Source: a virus (lineage: Duplodnaviria > Caudoviricetes). Taken from it: a stretch of DNA of 39,959 nt. Made by a program: the position numbers and the translations under genes. Every line of letters starts with the position of its first letter. Within the stretch, counting starts at the first letter, position 1. The notes under the pieces are model-generated. The model saw nothing but the letters and a program-made list of their open reading frames with translations. It searched no databases and was not told the origin of the DNA. The DNA lies in the IMG/VR virus record IMGVR_UViG_3300005298_000015, positions 1 to 39,959 of that record. The stretch is one strand, 5' to 3'. Of the stretch, positions 1 to 7,050 are shown in pieces.

Positions 1-42
1 TCCTGTTTACCCTGCCAAACGGTGAGGGGGGGGGCAAGGGTC

Positions 43-242
43 TGTAACAAAAATCGGGGACGTATATATATGCATTTTTTGTTGTTACAATTGTTACTTT
101 GTTACTAAAACACCGTTTTACTCCCCAAAACACGCAAACATAGTTCCATCAACGCTTTTCTCCGATCTCCCTTTAAACCCCTCTGTAACAATTCTCAAAA
201 ATCAAACACCCAGGTCTGTTACAGGAGCCGATTTTTGTTACA
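43..242. repeat. 15-bp inverted repeat enclosing a cluster of TGTTAC/GTAACA motifs (possible origin or protein-binding region)
   Basis: TGTAACAAAAATCGG at 43-57 and its reverse complement CCGATTTTTGTTACA at 228-242; further TGTTAC at 83, 92, 100, 217 and TGTAAC at 184. Confidence 0.75.
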
Positions 243-251
243 AAACCTCTC

Positions 252-280
252 TTGACAAATTCTTAAAAATATGCTATATA
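252..280 (+). promoter_or_regulatory. sigma70-type early promoter with extended -10
   Basis: TTGACA(252-257)-N17-TATATA(275-280), TG at 272-273; GGAGG RBS at 301. Confidence 0.85.
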
Positions 281-311
281 AATACCAGAAAAACAAAAAA
301 GGAGGGCCAAA

Positions 312-545
312 ATGAAGAGAATGAGAATTTCAAAACAAAATACACTTTCTTGGTTATACAAAAACTTTGGCATAGGCGGAATTGAAAACTACGATCCCCG
401 CCAAGTGGACGAAATACTTTCAGCGCTGAGAATTATTCTCCAAAATTGTGGGCTAATAGAGCTCGAATTTTTAGGCAAATTCCTTTTAAAACTCTCAGAA
501 GATCCTACGCTTGTTGATAAGCTTTTAGATGAACTTAGCTTTTAA
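312..545 (+). CDS. hypothetical early protein (77 aa)
   Basis: ORF with GGAGG RBS directly downstream of a consensus promoter. Confidence 0.75.
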   Translation: MKRMRISKQNTLSWLYKNFGIGGIENYDPRQVDEILSALRIILQNCGLIELEFLGKFLLKLSEDPTLVDKLLDELSF

Positions 546-558
546 AGGAGGTGCAAAA

Positions 559-1005
559 ATGAAGAACGCAGAAAACAAAAAGAAGGTAGAAAATATACGC
601 TTAATAGAAGTTTATGAAGATTTTACGGTAGAGCCTCGGGGAATATATGATATAGAATGGAGGTTCAAAAGAATTTCGCTAAATTATAACGGTACATTAT
701 ATTTCATCGAGGTAGGTTATGTATATTATCCCGAAAGTATTTTCGAGCATTCTTTCAAGTTTATAACATCGATATGCCCCAAGCGAATTGCGAAACTTAT
801 CTTAAACAACAAGTTCAATAATACCGACATTGAAAAATGCGGATATACTTATCGAGTGCCCTTCATAAGCGTTTTGAAAGAAATTCCACCTTTAGGAGGT
901 TTAAAAATTCTCTTTTACAAAGAAGCCCCTACTTTCGATCAGTTATTTCAAAAAGTCTCTAAACGCTTCTCTTATCTTGCTTCCTTATTTTGCCAGGAGG
1001 CTTGA
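559..1005 (+). CDS. hypothetical early protein, paralog family A
   Basis: Start moved to ATG 559 after GGAGGTG; shares F..I.....G..Y....G....P / Y..PFI..L motifs with 4615-4986 and 5004-5366. Confidence 0.8.
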   Translation: MKNAENKKKVENIRLIEVYEDFTVEPRGIYDIEWRFKRISLNYNGTLYFIEVGYVYYPESIFEHSFKFITSICPKRIAKLILNNKFNNTDIEKCGYTYRVPFISVLKEIPPLGGLKILFYKEAPTFDQLFQKVSKRFSYLASLFCQEA

Positions 1006-1030
1006 CAAAATCACCAAATTATGCTATATA
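1002..1030 (+). promoter_or_regulatory. sigma70-type early promoter
   Basis: TTGACA(1002-1007)-N17-TATATA(1025-1030) with TG extension. Confidence 0.85.
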
Positions 1031-1051
1031 AAAACAAAAAGGAGGTGCAAA

Positions 1052-1351
1052 ATGAAGCAAGCCGCAGAGGTCAAAATAAATAAATCAAAAGTAAAAAAAG
1101 TGACTTTACAGGCCCCCAAGGGGGAGAGTCAAGCTTATGTAGTTCAAGACTGTGGTAGCTGGAGACCGCTTGATATTTTCCTAAACGAACACAGTTTAAC
1201 CTACATTATTGAAACTATGTATCAGGTCAACACTGAGCCAGAAGCATGGAATTATTTCAAGTACACATATAATACACTTGAGGGTTTTAAAAAATACCTT
1301 AACCCTCCTCCTCCCAAAATAACCTTAACGATTGAAGACATCCAAGATTAA
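1052..1351 (+). CDS. hypothetical early protein, paralog family B
   Basis: ATG 1052 after GGAGGTG; clearly similar to 3076-3387 (W.PLD.FL..H.LTY, YFK.TY, FKKYLNPPP.KI.LT.ED). Confidence 0.85.
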   Translation: MKQAAEVKINKSKVKKVTLQAPKGESQAYVVQDCGSWRPLDIFLNEHSLTYIIETMYQVNTEPEAWNYFKYTYNTLEGFKKYLNPPPPKITLTIEDIQD

Positions 1352-1386
1352 CAAGATTGAAACACTCATAAATATATTCCCCCCTT

Positions 1387-1419
1387 CCCCTGCCCCCTTT
1401 TACGGGAGCAGGGGTTTTT
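1387..1419 (+). terminator. intrinsic terminator
   Basis: CCCCTGC...GCAGGGG stem followed by TTTTT. Confidence 0.75.
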
Positions 1420-1516
1420 ATTTTATCCCCCTTTCCCTTTAACCCTTAAAACCAATTCGCCGACCGCTTGACACCTTTAGGTATGGATCAGGTGAAATTC
1501 CTCATCATTTAACCCC

Positions 1517-1545
1517 TTGACAAAATCATCGAAATATGCTATATA
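1517..1545 (+). promoter_or_regulatory. sigma70-type early promoter
   Basis: TTGACA(1517-1522)-N17-TATATA(1540-1545) with TG extension. Confidence 0.85.
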
Positions 1546-1581
1546 AATGTTAGAAAAATAAAAATAAAAAGGAGGGGCAAG

Positions 1582-2025
1582 ATGAAGACCGACGTTTATG
1601 TTAGTAATAAAGATGCTGAACTCATCCAAAAGTTCGTTGAGGAATACTTCCAACAAGAAGAAGAATTATCCTTTTTAACATATCCTCATCCCACCCCGAT
1701 TTGGGAAGAGTTTTTCAGGCTCCTTCAGGACCTTGGAGCGGGAAGGTTGTATTATAAAGTCTTCTGTTCTTGTTGTGGTCCTGAACTTACATTCGAGGTG
1801 ACAGATAAGTATTTCCCCGCCTCATGTGATTTTCAATTACTTAATAGTCTACAGGAGCTTCTCCACCAAAAGCGAAAAGAAATTATTCAATATTTCATCA
1901 ACAAAATTTACTTCGCTGACACGCAGTACGAAAAAGAACGATACATTACGCTTGCCTCTTTACTTTTCCACCCCTTTCTACTTCCAAAATTAATAGCTGT
2001 TAATACGTATTTCAGAAAAAGATAA
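1582..2025 (+). CDS. hypothetical early protein with CSCCG motif; homologue of the target of CRISPR spacer 1
   Basis: 147-aa ORF with GGAGG RBS, own promoter and terminator; 1819-1855 matches the reverse complement of spacer 1 at 29/37 nt. Confidence 0.85.
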   Translation: MKTDVYVSNKDAELIQKFVEEYFQQEEELSFLTYPHPTPIWEEFFRLLQDLGAGRLYYKVFCSCCGPELTFEVTDKYFPASCDFQLLNSLQELLHQKRKEIIQYFINKIYFADTQYEKERYITLASLLFHPFLLPKLIAVNTYFRKR

Positions 2026-2039
2026 AATAGACGTTTAAT

Positions 2040-2064
2040 CCCCCCTCAAAGAGGGGGGCTTTTT
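2040..2064 (+). terminator. intrinsic terminator
   Basis: CCCCCCTC-AAA-GAGGGGGG hairpin followed by CTTTTT. Confidence 0.85.
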
Positions 2065-2138
2065 ATTCATTTTTTTTTAAACACTTTTAAAACATCACTA
2101 AAACTATCGAAAATCTTATTTAAACTCTTAAAAATTCC

Positions 2139-2167
2139 TTGACAAACTTTTAAAAATATGCTATACA
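2139..2167 (+). promoter_or_regulatory. sigma70-type early promoter
   Basis: TTGACA(2139-2144)-N17-TATACA(2162-2167) with TG extension. Confidence 0.8.
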
Positions 2168-2194
2168 AAAAAACAAAAAAGAGGAGGGAGGGGA

Positions 2195-2668
2195 ATGAAA
2201 ACAAAACTGATAGAAAAAGAGTTCACTGCATGTCTGGGTGAAGTTTTATATAATAATTTAAGGTATTTCAAAAAAATAAGAAAACTTTATGTTTATCGTG
2301 TTGGGGGCCCATACTTCGGCCCCTACGGTGGTCCCAACTTTTGGGGACAGTATTTTATTTTCTCAACTGTCCCCCTCGATGAACATTCAGAAGAAAGTTA
2401 TTTATGTCAACTAATCACTAAATCTACCCCAAATTATTCTACCGAGTATTTGTTTTTGCAACCCACTTCCCAAGAACCCAAGTTTGTGCTCTGTCTTAAC
2501 TTCACCGAAAAGTGGAAATGGGTGAAAAAGGCTTCTTTATGGTACTGCCTAACCGAAGAAAATCCCCTCCCCCAAGGAGCGGAGATCATCTTCAAAGGAG
2601 GGAGCTCCTCCCTCCAAGCCCGCCGAGGCTCCGAATGGGCTTTATTCTTATACCCTTTAACCCCTTGA
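2195..2668 (+). CDS. hypothetical early protein, paralog family C
   Basis: Shares Y..GG..FGP.GG..F...Y.I, FT..WKW..K and GGS.....R.G..W.L with 3558-4217. Confidence 0.85.
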   Translation: MKTKLIEKEFTACLGEVLYNNLRYFKKIRKLYVYRVGGPYFGPYGGPNFWGQYFIFSTVPLDEHSEESYLCQLITKSTPNYSTEYLFLQPTSQEPKFVLCLNFTEKWKWVKKASLWYCLTEENPLPQGAEIIFKGGSSSLQARRGSEWALFLYPLTP

Positions 2669-2693
2669 CAATTCTTTTTAAATATGTTATATA
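2665..2693 (+). promoter_or_regulatory. sigma70-type early promoter
   Basis: TTGACA(2665-2670)-N17-TATATA(2688-2693) with TG extension. Confidence 0.85.
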
Positions 2694-2727
2694 GATGTCG
2701 AAAAAACAAAAAATAAGGAGGTTGCGC

Positions 2728-3030
2728 ATGAAGTACACAGTTCGGCTGAAGGAGGCAAAAGTGGTAAAAATATCAATAGGTGATAGGGAAATCGGGGAAA
2801 CCTACCTTTTTAACGAGAAGTTCCTTGACGACCTCCTTTCTCCCTACAACAGGTGTGTCATCGACAATTTTCTTGCGCTATACGACATCCCCGCAGACAT
2901 AAAGGAACTTTTAGAAAGAATACTCGAACACGATTTTGAAATTTTTAATACCTTCTTCCAATTTCTTTCACGTAATCCATCTGAAGTCATTACTATTGAA
3001 ATCCAAGATTACCCCCCAACCCCCTTCTGA
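2728..3030 (+). CDS. hypothetical early protein, possibly a distant member of family B
   Basis: ATG 2728 after AAGGAGGT; similar length and weakly similar termini (V.L...KV.K, FL.D, P...I.I..QD) to family B. Confidence 0.75.
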   Translation: MKYTVRLKEAKVVKISIGDREIGETYLFNEKFLDDLLSPYNRCVIDNFLALYDIPADIKELLERILEHDFEIFNTFFQFLSRNPSEVITIEIQDYPPTPF

Positions 3031-3075
3031 AGATCAATAACCTTAAATATGATATATAAAAAAAGGAGGTGTCAC

Positions 3076-3387
3076 ATGAAAAACAAAGTGGAAGCAAAAC
3101 TAAACAAAGAAAGGGTGAAGAAAGTCATTATACAGACACCTTTTGCTAAGGCCATTGGATATGTTGTTTATGACAATGGTAATGATATTTGGTTACCATT
3201 AGACAAATTCTTAAAAGACCATACTTTAACTTATGTTCTTTCAATTATGTATGATGTCGAAAAAGAGAAAATATGGGATTACTTTAAACACACATATAAA
3301 TATGATATGCTCGAAAAATTTAAAAAATACCTTAACCCTCCCCCTTCCAAAATAATTCTAACAGTTGAAGACGTTAAAGATATATAG
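3076..3387 (+). CDS. hypothetical early protein, paralog family B
   Basis: ATG 3076 after GGAGGTG; paralog of 1052-1351; TGaTATATA extended -10 at 3050-3058. Confidence 0.85.
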   Translation: MKNKVEAKLNKERVKKVIIQTPFAKAIGYVVYDNGNDIWLPLDKFLKDHTLTYVLSIMYDVEKEKIWDYFKHTYKYDMLEKFKKYLNPPPSKIILTVEDVKDI

Positions 3388-3417
3388 AAAATCAAAACAC
3401 TTATATATATAAATATA

Positions 3418-3452
3418 CCCCTGCTCCTTTTTACAGGGGTAAGGGGGTTTTT
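3418..3452 (+). terminator. intrinsic terminator
   Basis: CCCCTGCTCC...GGGGTAAGGGGG imperfect stem plus TTTTT; resembles the terminator at 1387. Confidence 0.65.
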
Positions 3453-3500
3453 CGCTTTATCCCTCTCCTTCCTTAATTTTCTATCAGAACCAAAAACCCC

Positions 3501-3529
3501 TTGACAAATTTTTTAAAATGTGATATATA
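3501..3529 (+). promoter_or_regulatory. sigma70-type early promoter
   Basis: TTGACA(3501-3506)-N17-TATATA(3524-3529) with TG extension. Confidence 0.85.
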
Positions 3530-3557
3530 AAAGAAAAAATTGAAAAGGAGGTGCAAA

Positions 3558-4217
3558 ATGGAGAAAGTATTATGCCGAGTCTGTGGGAAAGAGATTGAGG
3601 ACTGGGGGGTGTTGGTTGCGAAAGGAGCCACCCCTCCTAAATTATGCGAGCCGTGCCGAAGGCAAATCCGTGAGTACCGAGCAAAAATGATCGTGAAACA
3701 TGAACCAATAAGGGTAGTTGAGGCGAAATTGGGGCCTCGACTTGTACGTAACCTCAGACCCGAGGGGAAATGCGAAAATTTTGCTCCTCAAATCTACCCT
3801 CAATGCTTCAAATACAGCATTGGGGGACGGGGCTTTGGGCCCTGGGGAGGGGCCAGGTTTGAAAAAAAATATATCATTTACACATACATAGAACCCCAGC
3901 CTGAGGCACCTGTTTTGGTGCGGTTAATGCGAAAGCAGGAGGCTGAAGGATGCCTACGGTGGTTTTACCTCGTTTTTGAACCACCAGTATCGGAAGAGCC
4001 TCCCAACCTCTGGTTAGAATTGTGGTTCACGAGGGTCTGGAAGTGGACCCTCAAGGGATTCGGGAGGCAATTCAAAAGATACTACCCAATTAACGTCCCT
4101 CACGAGACCCTCTTGACCGGGGGATCTCGTGCGAACTCGGGGCGATTCGGTAACCACTGGGAGCTTATTCTGTGCGAAGAGCTCCCGGAGGAGGTTGTAA
4201 TTGAAGAAGAGATTTGA
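3558..4217 (+). CDS. family C protein with N-terminal zinc-ribbon (CxxC...CxxC)
   Basis: ATG 3558 after GGAGGTG; CRVC...CEPC; C-terminal part aligns with 2195-2668. Confidence 0.85.
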   Translation: MEKVLCRVCGKEIEDWGVLVAKGATPPKLCEPCRRQIREYRAKMIVKHEPIRVVEAKLGPRLVRNLRPEGKCENFAPQIYPQCFKYSIGGRGFGPWGGARFEKKYIIYTYIEPQPEAPVLVRLMRKQEAEGCLRWFYLVFEPPVSEEPPNLWLELWFTRVWKWTLKGFGRQFKRYYPINVPHETLLTGGSRANSGRFGNHWELILCEELPEEVVIEEEI

Positions 4218-4230
4218 CAGGAGGGAGAGG

Positions 4231-4542
4231 ATGAAGGAGAGGAAAAGAACCGGACGGCCCAGGGGCGGGATGTATGTCCGAGTCCTGCCCGATGGGCACG
4301 TGATAGTATGGAGGGAAGTACTGGAGGCTTTAAAGGAATCCTATTACGAACGTGAGGGGATAGACAAATATCCACGCTACGTTTCGTACGACGTAGTTGG
4401 GGAAAAGGTTCAGATATGGCCTACCAGCGAGGTGGGCCCGTACACAATTACCTTGCAAATTCATCCCCGAGCGACCTTCTTCCGGGCCAGGAAATTGGCC
4501 CGGATAGTGGGGGTGGGGGTGAAGGAGGTTGAAGTGTTATAA
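4231..4542 (+). CDS. small basic protein, possibly AbrB/MazE-like DNA-binding
   Basis: ATG 4231 after AGGAGG; RTGRPRG followed by VRVLPDGHVIVWREVLEAL, reminiscent of the swapped-hairpin pattern. Confidence 0.55.
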   Translation: MKERKRTGRPRGGMYVRVLPDGHVIVWREVLEALKESYYEREGIDKYPRYVSYDVVGEKVQIWPTSEVGPYTITLQIHPRATFFRARKLARIVGVGVKEVEVL

Positions 4543-4547
4543 AAAAG

Positions 4548-4590
4548 AAGGGGGAAGCGGGGTCATATCCCTTGCTTCCCCTTTTGTTTT
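4548..4590 (+). terminator. intrinsic terminator (possibly bidirectional)
   Basis: AAGGGGGAAGCGGGG...CCCTTGCTTCCCCTTTT stem with T-rich tail and upstream A run. Confidence 0.75.
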
Positions 4591-4614
4591 ATACGAACAA
4601 AAGGAGGTGTAAAA

Positions 4615-4986
4615 ATGAAGGTTAAGATTCTTTCGATTAAAGATAAAGGAGGAGCCAATAATTGCTTTGAGGAAATAGCTTTTAACATTGACGGTAAGCG
4701 CTATAAACTTCTGATCGGTTTTGTTTACCGTCCTGCAAATGAAGTAGAAGCTAAAATAAATCCCTATATTCTGCAAAATCACGCAAAATACGATATAAAC
4801 AAACATACAGAGGGTTACGCCATTCCATTTATTGCTTTAATTTCCCGAAATAATTTATTGTTTTATGAAGAATGTGATAATTACCGTTCGTTAATAGCAA
4901 AACTCATCAACACTTATCCTCACCTTTCTGAAGTCGTCAAGAGAAGTTTGTATTATACTTATGCGTTGCAAAAAGTTATTGAATAA
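4615..4986 (+). CDS. hypothetical protein, paralog family A
   Basis: GGAGGTG RBS; FEEIAFNIDGKRYKLLIGFVYRP / YAIPFIALI motifs. Confidence 0.85.
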   Translation: MKVKILSIKDKGGANNCFEEIAFNIDGKRYKLLIGFVYRPANEVEAKINPYILQNHAKYDINKHTEGYAIPFIALISRNNLLFYEECDNYRSLIAKLINTYPHLSEVVKRSLYYTYALQKVIE

Positions 4987-5003
4987 TCAAAAGGAGGTGT
5001 ACC

Positions 5004-5366
5004 ATGAACAACCCAACACCCAAAATAACCTTTATACAAACAAACAAAACTGAAGACGAATTTTTGTTTGACGAAATTCGATTCTCTTATTTAGGTCAAC
5101 CCTACATCCTCAGAGTAGGCTTTACCAAAATCCCCAAAGAAGACCTTAATGCTAACATTGTTATAGACCTTCTTTTTATCGAAGAAACCGATGTTGATGA
5201 AGACGACTTTTATTACTATATTCCCTTTATTATGCTTCTGCGTTCGCACATTATGATCGAATACTACGACCAGCAAAAAACCTTTAAAAAACTGTTCGAG
5301 GTTTTTTTGAATTATTGGCCTGAGTTAGACGAAATCTGCAAACAAACACAATATTTTTATTACTAA
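5004..5366 (+). CDS. hypothetical protein, paralog family A
   Basis: GGAGGTG RBS; FDEIRFSYLGQPYILRVGFTKIP / YYIPFIMLL motifs. Confidence 0.85.
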   Translation: MNNPTPKITFIQTNKTEDEFLFDEIRFSYLGQPYILRVGFTKIPKEDLNANIVIDLLFIEETDVDEDDFYYYIPFIMLLRSHIMIEYYDQQKTFKKLFEVFLNYWPELDEICKQTQYFYY

Positions 5367-5400
5367 AACAAAACAATAAAACTTTAAAAGGAGGTGCCGC

Positions 5401-6135
5401 ATGGAAAAAGTATTGTACGAAGTCACCCTTAGCTTCACCTCTCCCGTTTTAGGACTTAACCCCGCAGATCAATTTTCATTGCCTTTTGTTTTGAGTAAAT
5501 CAAAAGAGGAACTCGAAAAACTTGAGAAAGCCATTGAAAAAGAAACTGATGAGGAAAAGAAGGCTATTTTAATCGAAAAAGCTGATCGGTTGCGTGCCGA
5601 AATAGAGGAACGTGAAACTGAGTTATTGTCCGAGCTCGAGACCAGAAAGACTATCTTTGCGAAAGACGCAGAGGGGCGACTTGGGTTTTATCACTATCAA
5701 ATTAAGGGCTACATGAAAGAAGTAGCCCATCTTTTCTTCTCCGAAAAACGAGGGAAAGCTTCTCTTAAAACTTTGATCAGCCGCTATGTGGACATATATC
5801 CCTCACACACCGATCTGAAAGCCTCGTGGGATAAAACCTTAGTTTGTCCTTTTAAACGAAACGGCGATTACATTTACGTTCCCGACGGCGAAATAAGCAG
5901 GCCCCTTCGGTCTTTTTCTCACAGCCAGTACATTGTGACGATCTCTCAATCTGATGTCTTGTATCCTCCCCTTGAGCTTGATTTTAAGGTCTTGGTTCTA
6001 AACAGTTATTTAACCGACAACGACATAGTGGATATATTTAAACAAGGCGAGAACTGGGGGATGTCCCAGTGGAGAACTGCAAGGTACGGGCGTTTTGTGC
6101 TTAAGAAAGTGAGCAAAATAAAGGTAAAAGAATAA
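5401..6135 (+). CDS. solo Cas7/RAMP-like RNA-binding protein
   Basis: N-terminal YEVTLSFTSPVLG strand, YQIKGYMKE (RAMP S.KG..R-like helix), C-terminal G-rich loop GENWGMSQWRTARYGRF; acidic coiled insertion at about aa 33-82. Confidence 0.7.
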   Translation: MEKVLYEVTLSFTSPVLGLNPADQFSLPFVLSKSKEELEKLEKAIEKETDEEKKAILIEKADRLRAEIEERETELLSELETRKTIFAKDAEGRLGFYHYQIKGYMKEVAHLFFSEKRGKASLKTLISRYVDIYPSHTDLKASWDKTLVCPFKRNGDYIYVPDGEISRPLRSFSHSQYIVTISQSDVLYPPLELDFKVLVLNSYLTDNDIVDIFKQGENWGMSQWRTARYGRFVLKKVSKIKVKE

Positions 6136-6139
6136 AAGC

Positions 6140-7045
6140 GAAGGATACGACTTTTACAGAGAAGAAGGGAAGGGTTAAGAGAGGAATAGGAAGAGGGAGA
6201 GGAATAGGAGGAGGGAGAGGAATAAAAAAAGAGAAGGGGGGAGGAGCATTAGGTGAAAAGAATAGCAAAATTGGAATGGATTGGATGGGAAGAGAAGTGG
6301 AATTGCCGGAAAGAGTAAAATGGTGCGGAATAGATTTGATCAAAGAAGAATTAGATGAGACTTGAATGGATGCGATGCGAAGAGGATAAGATCGAAATGG
6401 ATCGAAATAAAATCGGATTTGATTGAAGCAGAAAGGAAAAGGATGGGAATCAATCGGAAAAGGAGGCGATAGGAGGCAAACAGAAGAGATGAGATTGGTA
6501 AAACTAACTAAAATATGAAATGGAGGCGATACGAGAGGAAGTGGAAAGGCAGCAATCAGATTAGAACGGTAGAAACAGAATAGAAATGAGATGCGGTAGA
6601 AATGATAACAAAACAACGGATGACAAACGAAATTGTTTTTAAGGATGGGAAAGGATATGTGGTGAACGGAATAGGAAAAGGAAAGGAAAGGAGTGGAGAG
6701 TAGTTGAAGAAAAAGGAGAAAAGAAAAACAGAAGAAAGGAGGAGGAGAAAAGAGTAGAAGTGAGGGGAGTTGGCAGGATAGGGAAGTAATATAAACTGAT
6801 CGGCTCGACCGGATTGAATATGGAATGGGAGAAGAATAGATTAGACCGGACCAGAACTGAAAAGGGAAGGGAGGGGATGGAAGAAGATAGGATCAGCCTG
6901 GATCAGAGCTGAAAAGAAAGAAAGATGAGAAAAGGAAAAGTACTGAGGGGAGTTAACTGGAGAGGAGGTGAGGCGAGGGGAGGGGATTTGAGAGGGACCT
7001 GTGTTGAGAAGCTTTGAAATGAATCGAATCTGAATCGAATAATAA
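6140..7045 (+). ncRNA. putative non-coding guide array: purine-rich 5-nt periodic GAN-NN repeats
   Basis: No + strand ORF of 60 aa or more in the track; in-register pentamer runs such as 6354 GATGA GACTT GAATG GATGC GATGC GAAGA, 6834 GAATA GATTA GACCG GACCA GAACT GAAAA, 6945 GAGGG GAGTT AACTG GAGAG GAGGT GAGGC GAGGG GAGGG GATTT GAGAG. Periodicity is seen; RNA function is inferred. Confidence 0.65.
6179..6224 (+). repeat. 18-nt tandem repeat, 2.5 copies
   Basis: GAGAGGAATAGGAAGAGG / GAGAGGAATAGGAGGAGG / GAGAGGAATA. Confidence 0.85.
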
Positions 7046-7050
7046 AAGGG

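Noticed and set aside
529-4230. Upstream TTG/ATG starts in the ORF track (529, 977, 2695, 3049, 3540, 4201)
   Set aside because: They run through promoter or RBS sequence (hence the repeated KRRC-type translations); downstream ATGs follow the RBS at normal spacing
6101-6616. 171-aa minus-strand ORF (and 6903-7121)
   Set aside because: Phe/Pro/Ser/Leu low-complexity product expected from the pyrimidine-rich strand of the purine array; no RBS and opposite to local gene direction
6140-7045. Purine array as a CRISPR array or simple microsatellite
   Set aside because: No 25-40 bp repeat-spacer alternation, and the units are not identical: only two or three of five positions are constrained
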